Made by a program: the position numbers and the translations under genes. The notes beneath the pieces are model-generated. The model ran no database searches. It saw only the letters and a program-made list of their open reading frames with translations, and was not told where the DNA came from. From an uncultured bacterium (GTDB lineage Bacteria > Omnitrophota > Omnitrophia > Omnitrophales > Aquincolibacteriaceae), in assembly GCA_964482725.1 (NCBI GenBank), contig CAYZYT010000010.1, positions 15,794 to 79,793 on the forward strand: DNA of 64,000 nucleotides. The letters are read 5' to 3'. Below, one piece after another: positions 1 to 9,566 of the stretch (positions within the stretch are counted from its first letter, which is position 1; every line of letters starts with the position of its first letter).

Positions 1-318
1 TTTCTTCCCGTGGTGATCGGCTTGCCGGAAATTCATGCCATCAAATTGAAGCTCGGCAACGTCAAGCCCCCGCGGCCGATGACCCATGACCTAATGCTCA
101 AAATCGTCCAAGAGCTTGGCGGCAAACTCCAGAGAGTGGTGATTGATAAACTCGAGAATAATACGTTCCATGCCAAGCTGCATATTCTCAATGAAAATGG
201 GCAAGAGGTGGTGATTGATTCCCGACCCTCCGATAGCGTGGCGATTGCCTTGCGCGCCCAAGTGCCTGTTTTTGTCGAAGACGAGATTTTGAAAGCAGCG
301 AGCGTTTACGAGGTCTAG
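1..318 (+). CDS. bifunctional nuclease (DUF151/BFN domain) protein, 5'-truncated by window edge
   Basis: Frame open to base 1; motifs 'PRPMTHDL' and 'RPSDSVAIALRA' are typical of DUF151 proteins; about 100 aa C-terminal part. Confidence 0.55.
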   Translation, partial: FLPVVIGLPEIHAIKLKLGNVKPPRPMTHDLMLKIVQELGGKLQRVVIDKLENNTFHAKLHILNENGQEVVIDSRPSDSVAIALRAQVPVFVEDEILKAASVYEV

Positions 319-321
319 AGC

Positions 322-1248
322 GTGGAAAACAAACTTTATGACGTGATGATCATTGGGGGCGGGGGAGCGGGGCTGACAGCAGCCCTCTACACATCACGCG
401 CCAATCTTTCCACGATTCTTTTTGAAAAATTAGTTGTGGGAGGGCAGATCGCCTCCACGGACCTCGTGGAGAATTATCCCGGTTTTACGGAAGGTATCCT
501 GGGAGCCGAGATCGCTCAGAAAATGGAATCCCAGGCCGTACGCTATGGCACGCAAATTATTTACGAAGAGGTTAAGGGCCTCTCGCGCAAAGGAGATGTT
601 TTTGAAGCCATAAGCGGGGAGACGTGCTATAGCGCTCGGGCGGTTATCCTCGCGATGGGCGCTTCGTTTCGCATGATCGGGGTTCCCAATGAAAAAGAAC
701 TCACGGGGAAAGGCGTTTCTTATTGTGCCACCTGCGATGGGGCTTTCTTTAAAGGGAAAAAGGTTATTGCGGTGGGGGGCGGGGATTCCGCGCTTCAGGA
801 GGGGATCTTTTTGACGCGATTTGCCGAGAGGGTGACGATCGTTCACCGCCGGGATAAATTGCGTGCGAGTCCGATTCTGCAGGAACGCGCTAAAATGAAC
901 GCTAAGATAAGCTTTATTTGGGATGCCGTTGTTGATAAAATTGAAGGCGAAAAGAAGGTAGAGGCCGTTCTTTTGAAAAATGTAAAGACGGGCGAGGTCC
1001 AAAAGTTCCCGACGGAGGGTATTTTTGTTTTTATCGGACATGATCCCAACAGCGGGCTTGCGAAGGGTTTTGTGGCGCTTGATGAAAAGGGGTATGTGGT
1101 GACCGATGTCTCGCTTGCGACTTCTGTCCCCGGGGTTTTTGCTGCCGGGGAAGTCCGACAAGGAGCCGTGCGTCAGTTAGTGTCAGCTTGTGGCGAAGGC
1201 TGTGCAGCAGCGTTGTCGGCCCAGGCTTTTTTGGACGAGCAGCGTTAG
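322..1248 (+). CDS. trxB: thioredoxin-disulfide reductase
   Basis: GTG start; FAD motif 'IIGGGGAG'; redox-active 'CATCDG'; NADPH motif 'VGGGDSA'; 308 aa. Confidence 0.9.
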   Translation: MENKLYDVMIIGGGGAGLTAALYTSRANLSTILFEKLVVGGQIASTDLVENYPGFTEGILGAEIAQKMESQAVRYGTQIIYEEVKGLSRKGDVFEAISGETCYSARAVILAMGASFRMIGVPNEKELTGKGVSYCATCDGAFFKGKKVIAVGGGDSALQEGIFLTRFAERVTIVHRRDKLRASPILQERAKMNAKISFIWDAVVDKIEGEKKVEAVLLKNVKTGEVQKFPTEGIFVFIGHDPNSGLAKGFVALDEKGYVVTDVSLATSVPGVFAAGEVRQGAVRQLVSACGEGCAAALSAQAFLDEQR

Positions 1249-1288
1249 AGCGAATGTCCTTGTAACACTTTTTTTGAAAGGTAACCCC

Positions 1289-1606
1289 ATGGATTTTGAT
1301 AAGGAATTTGAGCAGAACATGAAGCAGCTGATGCTCCTTCTTAAAAAGATCATGAGCAGCCAGCACCCGATGGAGGGGAAAAGTCCCGCCGAGATGATGA
1401 AATTTCTAAGAGAGATGAAAGACAAGAGCTCCGATGTGAATATTTTCATTCTTAATATGGCGCCTCTTTCTCCTGAGGAATTCGACGAGATCGAAGAGAT
1501 GTTTGAGGGCGGGGCGATGAGCGAACATCACAGGTCGGGAGAACTTAACTGTGAGCTCAATGATGATGATCATGTTTTTCTTAAACAAAACGGTATCCGC
1601 TTCTAG
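1289..1606 (+). CDS. hypothetical acidic protein
   Basis: ATG at 1289 after trxB stop (the ORF-track start at 1190 overlaps trxB); no recognised motif. Confidence 0.35.
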   Translation: MDFDKEFEQNMKQLMLLLKKIMSSQHPMEGKSPAEMMKFLREMKDKSSDVNIFILNMAPLSPEEFDEIEEMFEGGAMSEHHRSGELNCELNDDDHVFLKQNGIRF

Positions 1607-1618
1607 GACAATAACCCC

Positions 1619-2446
1619 ATGACACTTCCCGGAAAAATTGTTGCGGCGTTCTTTTGCCTTTTATGCTTTTTTCCTGCCGGGCTTCACGCAGGGACAGCTT
1701 TTGACTACTCTGTCTGGGACGCCTTTCTCTCTAAAAATGTGAACGAAAAAGGCGAGGTGGATTATCAGTCAATCAAGAAAGACCCGAAGGCGCTGAAGGA
1801 TGCTCTGGCGACTTTGACGGCGGTGAATGAATCTCTGATCGGCTCATGGCCGCGGGAAGAAGCCATGGCTTTCTGGCTGAATGCGTATCACGCCGCTCTG
1901 ATCCAACAGGTGGTCGAAAATTATCCCGTGACTTCCGTCCAAAAGATCCCGAGTTTTTGGGATATCGCATTATTCCATTTTGGCAGCAGGGTCCAGGGAC
2001 AAAGGCAGTACAGTTTGAATGATATTCGAGTGACGAAACTGGTCGGGGTCTATCGTGATGAGAAGATCCATCTGGCGCTTTCTGTAGCGGCCAAGGGAGG
2101 TCCTCAGTTGATGCGCGAAGCTTTCACGGGTCCCAAGGTGGAGGGACAGCTTTTTCTTTTAACCCGGAAATTTGTGACGGATCCCGCCTATGTGGATATT
2201 ACCCCGGGCCGGAAAAAGATCCGGATCTCCAAGATCTTTTCGTGGTACGCAAAAGATTTTAAACTGGATTTTGGGACCCCCGAACCGAGGGGGAAATTTT
2301 CAGAGAGCGATAACGCGGTGCTTTCTTTTTTGGCCTATTATCTTGAAGATGAAGCTAAGGGAGAATATCTTCAGGAAGCCAAATACAAGATCGAATATCC
2401 CGCCTTTGATTGGTCTCTGAACGATTGGAAAAAACGAGCCGCCTAG
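1619..2446 (+). CDS. secreted DUF547 domain protein
   Basis: N-terminal signal peptide; 'AFWLNAYHAALI' matches the DUF547 'W.NAYNA' signature. Confidence 0.55.
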   Translation: MTLPGKIVAAFFCLLCFFPAGLHAGTAFDYSVWDAFLSKNVNEKGEVDYQSIKKDPKALKDALATLTAVNESLIGSWPREEAMAFWLNAYHAALIQQVVENYPVTSVQKIPSFWDIALFHFGSRVQGQRQYSLNDIRVTKLVGVYRDEKIHLALSVAAKGGPQLMREAFTGPKVEGQLFLLTRKFVTDPAYVDITPGRKKIRISKIFSWYAKDFKLDFGTPEPRGKFSESDNAVLSFLAYYLEDEAKGEYLQEAKYKIEYPAFDWSLNDWKKRAA

Positions 2447-2464
2447 GCTCGCCCCGTTTTTTTT
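2427..2464 (+). terminator. hairpin with flanking A-run and T8 run overlapping the stop codon (intrinsic terminator-like)
   Basis: aaaaaacGAGCC-gccta-GGCTCgccccgtttttttt; stem CGAGCC/GGCTCG; A6 and T8 flanks can extend the stem. Confidence 0.45.
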
Positions 2465-2528
2465 GACAGGCCCATCCAAAAACGTCTAACTCTTTTTATT
2501 TCAATGAGTTGCGGTTTTTTAAAAAGCA

Positions 2529-2557
2529 TTGACAGTCCCAGTGAATTCTCATAAGAT
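2529..2557 (+). promoter_or_regulatory. sigma70-like promoter upstream of rplU
   Basis: TTGACA (2529-2534), 17-nt spacer, TAAGAT (2552-2557), 33 nt upstream of the rplU ATG. Confidence 0.45.
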
Positions 2558-2589
2558 ATGCGCTCTCTTAAAGTCAAAGGAGTCATTTC

Positions 2590-2913
2590 ATGGAAAAATA
2601 TGCGATCGTTGAGACGGGTTCCAAGCAGTATTGGGTGGCGCCCAAGCAGGTGATCGAAGTCGAATTGTTGGAAGTTGCCGAAGGCCAAAAAGAGGTTGTT
2701 TTGGACCAGGTGATGCTTGTTCAGGATGCGGGGCAAGTGAAGGTCGGGACCCCGGTGATCGCGGGAGCCAAAATTATTTGCGAAAATCTGGGGGAGTTCC
2801 GAGGCCCCAAGCTGGTTCATTACCGGATGCGTCGCCGTAAGTCGTCGAGGAAGAAGCAAGGGCATCGGCAGGATCTCCTCCGGCTGCTTGTCAAAGAGAT
2901 TAAAGTTAGCTAA
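2590..2913 (+). CDS. rplU: 50S ribosomal protein L21
   Basis: 'MEKYAIVETGSKQYWV...KQGHRQ' matches the L21 family; conserved rplU-rpmA-obg order. Confidence 0.9.
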   Translation: MEKYAIVETGSKQYWVAPKQVIEVELLEVAEGQKEVVLDQVMLVQDAGQVKVGTPVIAGAKIICENLGEFRGPKLVHYRMRRRKSSRKKQGHRQDLLRLLVKEIKVS

Positions 2914-2934
2914 GAACATTTTTTAAAGGAAACC

Positions 2935-3177
2935 ATGGCACATACAAAAAGTCAGGGAAGTACAACTAACGGAAGAGACTCCAATTCCAAACGCTTGGGC
3001 GTCAAAGTCTATGGCGGACAGAAGATCAAAGCGGGCAGCATTATCGTTCGTCAGCGTGGGACGCGGTATCATCCCGGGAATTTTGTCGGGCTTGGTACTG
3101 ATTACACTCTTTTCGCAAAGCGAGCTGGCATTGTGGAGTTCCGGGCGAACCGATCTGTCCATATCATTCCGAGTTAA
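2935..3177 (+). CDS. rpmA: 50S ribosomal protein L27
   Basis: '[24 protein letters not shown]' is the canonical L27 N-terminus. Confidence 0.9.
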   Translation: MAHTKSQGSTTNGRDSNSKRLGVKVYGGQKIKAGSIIVRQRGTRYHPGNFVGLGTDYTLFAKRAGIVEFRANRSVHIIPS

Positions 3178-3253
3178 TCCAGTTTCAACCAAGTTTGAAA
3201 AGGCTAAAAAGCGATCCTAAGCTTTTTGGCCTTTTCTCTTTTTAAGGACCTCT

Positions 3254-4225
3254 ATGCTAGTTGATAAGATACATCTAAAAATCCAGGGCGGCCGTGGTGG
3301 CAAAGGCTGTGAAAGTTATAACCATCGCAAGGATCACAAGAAGGTCCCCAACGGTGCCGACGGGGGGGACGGTGGAAGTGTGATCTTTCGCGCTTCCCAT
3401 AACGCTCCGGGGCTCGATCGCCTCAGGTTGAAGCAACACTTGGACGCAGATTCCGGTGAGCATGGTAGTAGTGATAACAAACGTGGATGCAAAGGGGAGG
3501 ATCTGATCGTGTTGGTTCCGATCGGGACTTCGATCTTTCGTCGCGAGAATCATCTTCCGATCCGGGATCTCTATCTTGAGGGAGAGGAAGTGATCGTGGC
3601 GCGTGGGGGCCGGGGTGGGTCGGGGAATATCGGCGATAAAACGGCGACTTCGGGGGAAGACGGTGAAAAACTTGAAATTGATGTGGAATTTCGCATCATG
3701 GCGGATGTTTTTCTGGTGGGGCTTCCGAGTTCTGGGAAATCCTCCCTGCTACATCATTTGACGCGTGCCCCTGTGGAAGGTAAGGATTATCCTTTCGCAA
3801 CGCGCAGTCCGGTGCTGGGCGTTCATCCCTATGACGACTACAAGCAGATCAACTTTTGCGAGCTTCCGTCCATTTTTGAAGGGTCCACGGACGGGCGGGG
3901 TTTGGGGACCGATTTTTTAAGGCACTTGGCTCGCGCCAAGTTGATCGTATTCATGATCGACGCGACCTTGAAGTTCTGTCATACCGCCATCGAAGGATTG
4001 AGCGCCTTGCAGCGGATCGTTTATGAGCAAGATCCCGCTTTTCGTCAGATCCCCAGTGTGGTGGTGGTGAACAAGATCGATCTAGGGCATGATATCGAGA
4101 AGATCCAGGAAGAGCTGCGGAGTTCGGGGCAGATCTATTTTTTGATTTCGGTGAAAACCGGGGAAGGGGTCGAGTCACTTATGAAGTTCATTCATGAGAG
4201 GATCGAGAACGAAGGCCATGTCTGA
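3254..4225 (+). CDS. obg: GTPase Obg
   Basis: Gly-rich Obg fold 'GGRGGKGC...GGDGGDGG'; G1 motif 'GLPSSGKSSLL'. Confidence 0.9.
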   Translation: MLVDKIHLKIQGGRGGKGCESYNHRKDHKKVPNGADGGDGGSVIFRASHNAPGLDRLRLKQHLDADSGEHGSSDNKRGCKGEDLIVLVPIGTSIFRRENHLPIRDLYLEGEEVIVARGGRGGSGNIGDKTATSGEDGEKLEIDVEFRIMADVFLVGLPSSGKSSLLHHLTRAPVEGKDYPFATRSPVLGVHPYDDYKQINFCELPSIFEGSTDGRGLGTDFLRHLARAKLIVFMIDATLKFCHTAIEGLSALQRIVYEQDPAFRQIPSVVVVNKIDLGHDIEKIQEELRSSGQIYFLISVKTGEGVESLMKFIHERIENEGHV

Positions 4226-5333
4226 TCGCGTCCGACGGGCCCAAAAGATCGTTATCAAGATAGGTACGAGCATTCTCAAAACTCGCGGGGAAAGTTTTTC
4301 CCATAAAGAGCATGCCCGTGTCTGTCGGGAGATCTATTCGCTTATCCGGAAAGGTCGGCGTCCGGTCCTGGTGAGTTCGGGAGCGATCGCTCTCGGAATG
4401 AAAAGTTGCGGTTTTAAAAAAAGGCCAAACGAAATGGCGGAACTTCAGGCCTGCGCCGCCATTGGGCAGGGGAAGCTCATGCATGCTTACGAGAGCTTTT
4501 TCGCGAAGAAAAAAGTTCATACGGCGCAACTGCTTCTGACGCGCGACGGCCTCGAGGATCGCAAACGGTTCCTTTGTGCCCGCAATACTCTCGAGACGCT
4601 TCTGAAACTTAATATTCTTCCCATCGTTAACGAGAACGATACCGTGGCGGTCGAGGAGATCGCTTTTGGGGACAATGACATTCTTTCGGTCCATGTGGCG
4701 CACTTGGTGGGCGCGGATCTTTTGATCAATCTTTCGGATGCGGAAGGTTTCCTCCTGAAGGACGGAACGCGTGTGCGGGAAGTGACCTCCGAAGATGAGA
4801 TCGACAATAAACTCGTGTTGCATCTGGCGGACAAAAAGCGCGAAGAGACCGTCGGCGGCATGCGAGCAAAGCTTAAAGCGGCCCAAGTGGCCATGCGCCT
4901 CGGCATCCCTTTCATGATCGTGAATGGGCATAAGCCGCATATTCTTCAGGAAATCATCAACGGAAAAGATGTTGGGACTTTATTTATCACCTCGGGCGCC
5001 AAAAAAGATATGAGACACAAGTGGATCGCATTCTCAGCGACTCGGAGTGGCAGTATTATCGTCGACCTCGGCGCCTATCAGGCCCTTCTCGCGAAAAAGA
5101 GTCTTTTGCCCCGTGGGATCGTAAAAGTCCAAGGGAATTTTGATGAGGGACAGGTGGTGGAACTTGAGGCTCAGGACGGAAAGGTATTCGGGCGTGGCGT
5201 AGTTCATTATGGCAGTCGTGATCTTAACCGCATCGCGGGGAAGCGGACGGATGAGATTCAGGCGATCCTGGGGAAAAAGTCTCATGATGAAGTGATCCAT
5301 CGGAACGATCTTGTCATCTGGAGCGAGCGATGA
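4218..5333 (+). CDS. proB: glutamate 5-kinase
   Basis: ATG at 4218 overlaps the obg stop (ATGTCTGA); 'KIVIKIGTSIL', 'VSSGAIALG'; C-terminal PUA domain. Confidence 0.88.
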   Translation: MSDRVRRAQKIVIKIGTSILKTRGESFSHKEHARVCREIYSLIRKGRRPVLVSSGAIALGMKSCGFKKRPNEMAELQACAAIGQGKLMHAYESFFAKKKVHTAQLLLTRDGLEDRKRFLCARNTLETLLKLNILPIVNENDTVAVEEIAFGDNDILSVHVAHLVGADLLINLSDAEGFLLKDGTRVREVTSEDEIDNKLVLHLADKKREETVGGMRAKLKAAQVAMRLGIPFMIVNGHKPHILQEIINGKDVGTLFITSGAKKDMRHKWIAFSATRSGSIIVDLGAYQALLAKKSLLPRGIVKVQGNFDEGQVVELEAQDGKVFGRGVVHYGSRDLNRIAGKRTDEIQAILGKKSHDEVIHRNDLVIWSER

Positions 5334-6586
5334 ATTGGAAACGCGAATTAGAAAAAGTGCTTGTGACTGCGCGGCAAACCGCTGCGGATGCAGGACAGAT
5401 GTCTCCCGATTTCAAAAAAAAGATTCTGGAGGACATTGCCTCCAGGATCGAGAAAAGGGCGAAATGGCTTGTCGGCGAGAATCGCAAGGACCTTGCGAAT
5501 GCCAAGGCGAGCGGCCTTTCATCGTCGATGATCGACCGTCTGATGCTCAACGAAAAACGTATTCGGGGCATGGCGGAGGGTGTCCGGGCCGTGGCGCGTC
5601 TCAAAGATCCTATCGGTAAAGTTCAGGCGAAATGGTCGAGGCCCAATGGCCTTAGGCTTCAAAAGGTGATCGTTCCGCTGGGTGTGATCCTTATGATCTA
5701 TGAATCCCGTCCGAACGTGACTGTCGAGTGCGCTGCGCTTTGTCTCAAGAGTTCGAACGTGGCGATCCTTCGCGGAGGACGTGAGGCGATGGCTTCCAAT
5801 CGTGCGCTTGTCTCCATCTTTAAAGAGTCCCTCAAGCAGCACGGGCTTTCGTCTTTCCATGTAAATCTTGTGAAAACGACGGACTATGCGGCTCTTGATT
5901 TTCTTCTGAAACAGGAGGGCCGGATCGATCTTGTCATCCCTCGCGGCGGGGAGAAGCTGATCCGCCGGGTCGTGAGAAACGCGCGTATTCCTGTGATCAA
6001 GCACTATCAAGGCATCTGTCATGTGTATGTCGATAAAAAGGCCGACCTCAAAAAAGCGGTTGCGATCACGCTGAACGCTAAATTGCAGCGTCCGGGAGTT
6101 TGTAACGCATTGGAGACGCTTTTGGTGCATCAGGCCGTTGCTGCAAAATTCCTTACGAGGGTCGCTGACCCGTTAAAACAAGGTGGCTGCGAAGTTCGGG
6201 GCGATGCGGCGACATGCCGTTTTATCCCTTGGGCGAAGCGCGCGAAAGCGGCCGACTATGGCCATGAATTTCTGGAAAAGATCCTCGCGGTGCGTGTTGT
6301 TAAGGACCTCGATGAAGCGATCCGGCATATTGAAACTCAGGGTTCTCATCATACGGATGCGATCGTGACGGAAGACAAGAAAGCGGCCCAAGTCTTTAAG
6401 GCCAAAGTCGATTCCTCATCCGTGATGGTCAATGCCTCAACTCGTTTTTCCGACGGATTCGAGTACGGGTTCGGTGCCGAGATCGGTATTTCGACCGACA
6501 AGATCCATGCTCGGGGGCCGATGGGCCTTGAGGGACTCACATCGTACAAATATATCGTGGAAGGGAATGGCCACATACGCATTTAA
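5330..6586 (+). CDS. proA: gamma-glutamyl phosphate reductase
   Basis: ATGA overlap with proB; aldehyde dehydrogenase fold; 418 aa, typical of ProA. Confidence 0.88.
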   Translation: MNWKRELEKVLVTARQTAADAGQMSPDFKKKILEDIASRIEKRAKWLVGENRKDLANAKASGLSSSMIDRLMLNEKRIRGMAEGVRAVARLKDPIGKVQAKWSRPNGLRLQKVIVPLGVILMIYESRPNVTVECAALCLKSSNVAILRGGREAMASNRALVSIFKESLKQHGLSSFHVNLVKTTDYAALDFLLKQEGRIDLVIPRGGEKLIRRVVRNARIPVIKHYQGICHVYVDKKADLKKAVAITLNAKLQRPGVCNALETLLVHQAVAAKFLTRVADPLKQGGCEVRGDAATCRFIPWAKRAKAADYGHEFLEKILAVRVVKDLDEAIRHIETQGSHHTDAIVTEDKKAAQVFKAKVDSSSVMVNASTRFSDGFEYGFGAEIGISTDKIHARGPMGLEGLTSYKYIVEGNGHIRI

Positions 6587-6601
6587 AAGCGGTTTTTCCG
6601 C

Positions 6602-7186
6602 ATGAAGATCGGTATTTTGGGAGGGACCTTCGATCCTGTCCACCGCGGGCATTTGAAGCTTGCCCAAAATGCCCGGGATCAATTCTTGCTCGATAAGGTT
6701 ATTTTTGTCCCAGCCTCTCAGCCTCCCCATAAACAAGCACTTCCTTCTCGTGCATCCGCTAAAGACCGTTATGCAATGGTCCGGTTGGCCATCGAGGGGG
6801 AGCCTTTTCTGGAGATTTCAGATTGCGAGCTCCAAAGAAAGGGGGCCTCTTATACTTTTGATACACTCTGTGAATTCGAGAGAAAATATCCCCAAGACAC
6901 ATTTTATTTGATCCTTGGCAAAGATGCGTTTGAAGGGATCAATGCCTGGCAGCATGCTGCCGAGCTTAAGAAAAAAGTCCGATTCTTGGTGGCAAAACGA
7001 GGATTGGGTGAAGTCTGTGCAGTCGAAGGGGCCCTCGCCGAGTGGATTCAGATGCCTTTATGTCCGATTTCTGCCTCCGGGATACGTGAGGGGCTCAATG
7101 GAGGAAAGGATGTGGACGATCAGATAACTCCGAAAGTCCTTCAGTATATCCATGAGCATGAGCTCTATCGGAAAGTGTGGCCATGA
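6602..7186 (+). CDS. nadD: nicotinate-nucleotide adenylyltransferase
   Basis: 'GILGGTFDPVHRGH' HxGH nucleotidyltransferase motif; follows obg-proBA as in many genomes. Confidence 0.85.
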   Translation: MKIGILGGTFDPVHRGHLKLAQNARDQFLLDKVIFVPASQPPHKQALPSRASAKDRYAMVRLAIEGEPFLEISDCELQRKGASYTFDTLCEFERKYPQDTFYLILGKDAFEGINAWQHAAELKKKVRFLVAKRGLGEVCAVEGALAEWIQMPLCPISASGIREGLNGGKDVDDQITPKVLQYIHEHELYRKVWP

Positions 7187-8418
7187 ATACAACTTTTCAT
7201 CTAGTGATTTTGGGAGTGCTCTTCCTGTTCTCCTTTTTCTTTTCTGCTGCGGAGACGGCTCTTTTTTCTCTCTCTAAACTTGATAAGCGCAAGCTCAAGG
7301 AGCAATACCCGCATCTTTCGAAATGGATCTTTGAACAGCTGCAAGCACCGCGCAAGACGCTCGGTACGGTCCTTATGGGTAATTTGGCGGTGAATTCGCT
7401 GGCGACGGCAACCGTTACATTGGTAGTGCTCAAACTTTTTGGGGATGCGCGGCTTGGCATGATCATGGCGGCGTTCACTATTTTCCTGATCGTTTTTTGC
7501 GAAATGCTTCCCAAGATCCTTGCGGTCCGGTCACGGGTCAAAATGGCTTTGCTGGTGTCCTTGCCGCTCAAGTTCTTCGCCGTATTGTTCGCTCCCTTCC
7601 GGGTTCTGATGCGTTTTGTCACCGATCGAATTCTTTCCTTTCTTGTCCACGAAAAGATCGATCAGTCGGATATGATCTCGGAAAAGGAACTTAAGGTGCT
7701 CGTCAAGATCGGAGAAGAAGAGGGCGTTTTGGGAGGGCAGGAGCGTCACATGATCCAAAAGCTTCTGGAATTGGGGGAGCGGCCGGTCAAGGATATTATG
7801 ACGCCGCGCACCGACTTGGTGGGTTTGGATATCGAAGAGCCTTCTCAAAAGCATGAGGAGCTTATACGGAAATTTCACTTTACGCGACTGCCTGTTTTTC
7901 AGGGTTCGCTCGATCATATTCTCGGGGTTGTCGAGTCCCAGAACTATCTTCTCCAGGAGCCTCTCCCCGATGTAAAACAAGTGATGGCGATGCCCCTTTT
8001 CGTGCCGGAAAGCAAACGGATCGATGACCTGTTAGAAACATTTCGAAGCAAGAATGAGCGTTTTGCGGTTTGCGTGGATGAATTTGGTGGGACGGCCGGG
8101 GTGGTGACGCAGGAAGACATTCTTGAGGAGATTTTTGGGGAGTTTTATGATGAGTATTCCAAGATCGAAAATCCCATCCGGCGCTTGGGCGAGGATCTTT
8201 ATTTGGTGGAGGGCAAGGTCAGTCTTGCGGAGTTCAATGATTCATTTTCCGCGCATTTGGTGGCGGAGGAGGCCGCGACGCTGGGGGGCTATCTTTTTGA
8301 AAAAATGGGAGTGGTCCCTGTCAAAGGCGCGGTTCTCAATACGGAGCAATTCGATTTTGTGATCCAGGATATGATCCGTCAGCGCATTCACCAGGTCACG
8401 GTCAGGAGGAAGTCGTGA
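7177..8418 (+). CDS. CNNM/hemolysin-family transporter (DUF21 + CBS pair + CorC_HlyC)
   Basis: Four N-terminal TM helices (DUF21), tandem CBS region, C-terminal transporter-associated domain; 413 aa. Confidence 0.78.
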   Translation: MAMNTTFHLVILGVLFLFSFFFSAAETALFSLSKLDKRKLKEQYPHLSKWIFEQLQAPRKTLGTVLMGNLAVNSLATATVTLVVLKLFGDARLGMIMAAFTIFLIVFCEMLPKILAVRSRVKMALLVSLPLKFFAVLFAPFRVLMRFVTDRILSFLVHEKIDQSDMISEKELKVLVKIGEEEGVLGGQERHMIQKLLELGERPVKDIMTPRTDLVGLDIEEPSQKHEELIRKFHFTRLPVFQGSLDHILGVVESQNYLLQEPLPDVKQVMAMPLFVPESKRIDDLLETFRSKNERFAVCVDEFGGTAGVVTQEDILEEIFGEFYDEYSKIENPIRRLGEDLYLVEGKVSLAEFNDSFSAHLVAEEAATLGGYLFEKMGVVPVKGAVLNTEQFDFVIQDMIRQRIHQVTVRRKS

Positions 8419-9368
8419 TCGGTCTCCTGGTTCTGTTTCTCTTGTCTCTGGTGGCATCCGCGTTCTTCTCGGGGGCCGAGATGGCTTTTGTTTCCGCGAA
8501 CAAGCTGAAGCTTCGCGAAATGTCGGATGCTGGAGACAAAAAAGCCAGGTTCATCCTGCAGCTCCAGCAGCATCCCAATTATTTTTTGACAGCGATCCTG
8601 ATTGGGAATAACGCGGTAAACGTTACGGCGATCTCGATCGCCACTTACATTTTTAAGGAATATTTCGGTTGGAACAGTGAATGGGCCGTAATGTTGGTGA
8701 TCGCTCCCGTATTGATTGTTTTCGCGGAGATGGTCCCCAAGGATTATGGCCGTTTGACCGCCATTCCATTTTTGTTGGGACAGACCTTCTGGCTCAAAGG
8801 TCTTAAGGCGGTCCTGTATGGCCCCATCATCTTGTTCTTCAAGGCGTTGAGCTTCTTCTGGCCCTCGTTCCAGCAGGGCGTGGTCCGGGATATTTTTGTG
8901 AACGAGGAGGAATTCCGTTCACTTATCGAGGAGAGCACGCAAAGAGGCATCGTGGGACCCCAGGAAGAAAAATTGATCCATACCATTCTGGACTTCGAAC
9001 GGATCCATGTCTCGTCGGTGATGGTTCCTGTGGGGAAGGTGCCGATGGTGGATATCCATAGCAAGATCGAGGATGTCAAACAGATCGCTCGAGAGACCCA
9101 TGTTCGCATGATGCTTGTTTATGAAGAGATACCGTCCATCGTCATGGGGATGGTCTATGTCTTCGATATCCTCTGGGAAGAGGAGAACGCCCAGGGGTTG
9201 CATGATTTTCTTCGAGCGCCCATTTTTATTCCTGAGGACACCTCCTTGGAGAAAGCTTTCCTAACCCTCCAGAAAAAGCGCCAATCTTATGCTGTGGTGA
9301 CCGATCGAGCCGGAGATGTCAAAGGAATCGTTCCGATCGAGAGGCTTCTTATGTTCGAGAAACACTGA
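8415..9368 (+). CDS. DUF21-CBS domain membrane protein (short CNNM paralog lacking CorC_HlyC)
   Basis: ATGA overlap with upstream gene; DUF21 TM region plus CBS pair; 317 aa. Confidence 0.72.
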   Translation: MIGLLVLFLLSLVASAFFSGAEMAFVSANKLKLREMSDAGDKKARFILQLQQHPNYFLTAILIGNNAVNVTAISIATYIFKEYFGWNSEWAVMLVIAPVLIVFAEMVPKDYGRLTAIPFLLGQTFWLKGLKAVLYGPIILFFKALSFFWPSFQQGVVRDIFVNEEEFRSLIEESTQRGIVGPQEEKLIHTILDFERIHVSSVMVPVGKVPMVDIHSKIEDVKQIARETHVRMMLVYEEIPSIVMGMVYVFDILWEEENAQGLHDFLRAPIFIPEDTSLEKAFLTLQKKRQSYAVVTDRAGDVKGIVPIERLLMFEKH

Positions 9369-9566
9369 GTGCCACCCGTTTTCGTGCGTCCGATAAACCT
9401 TCCAAGGCCATAGATCTTACTAAAGCGGTTCCTGCTTTTTTCTAATCTTGCCGATTTCCTTCCGAACATTCCGACCTCGCCTAGGGTGCTTTCATTACTA
9501 TAAAGCTTTACTAAGCGAAGCCGTTACATTAACACCAGTTATTTTCCCTTCAAGGAGACGAACTTT

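Noticed and set aside
430-1449. Minus-strand ORFs (430..1161, 1031..1366, 1183..1449) overlapping trxB
   Set aside because: Antisense to a gene with unambiguous TrxB motifs; no independent support.
2443-2919. 158-aa minus-strand ORF across rplU
   Set aside because: Antisense shadow of ribosomal protein L21.
4194-4217. Upstream ATG start for proB given by the ORF track
   Set aside because: Would overlap obg by 32 nt. The ATG at 4218 gives the typical 8-nt stop/start overlap and the conserved ProB N-terminus.
4188-4940. 250-aa minus-strand ORF across proB
   Set aside because: Antisense shadow of glutamate 5-kinase.
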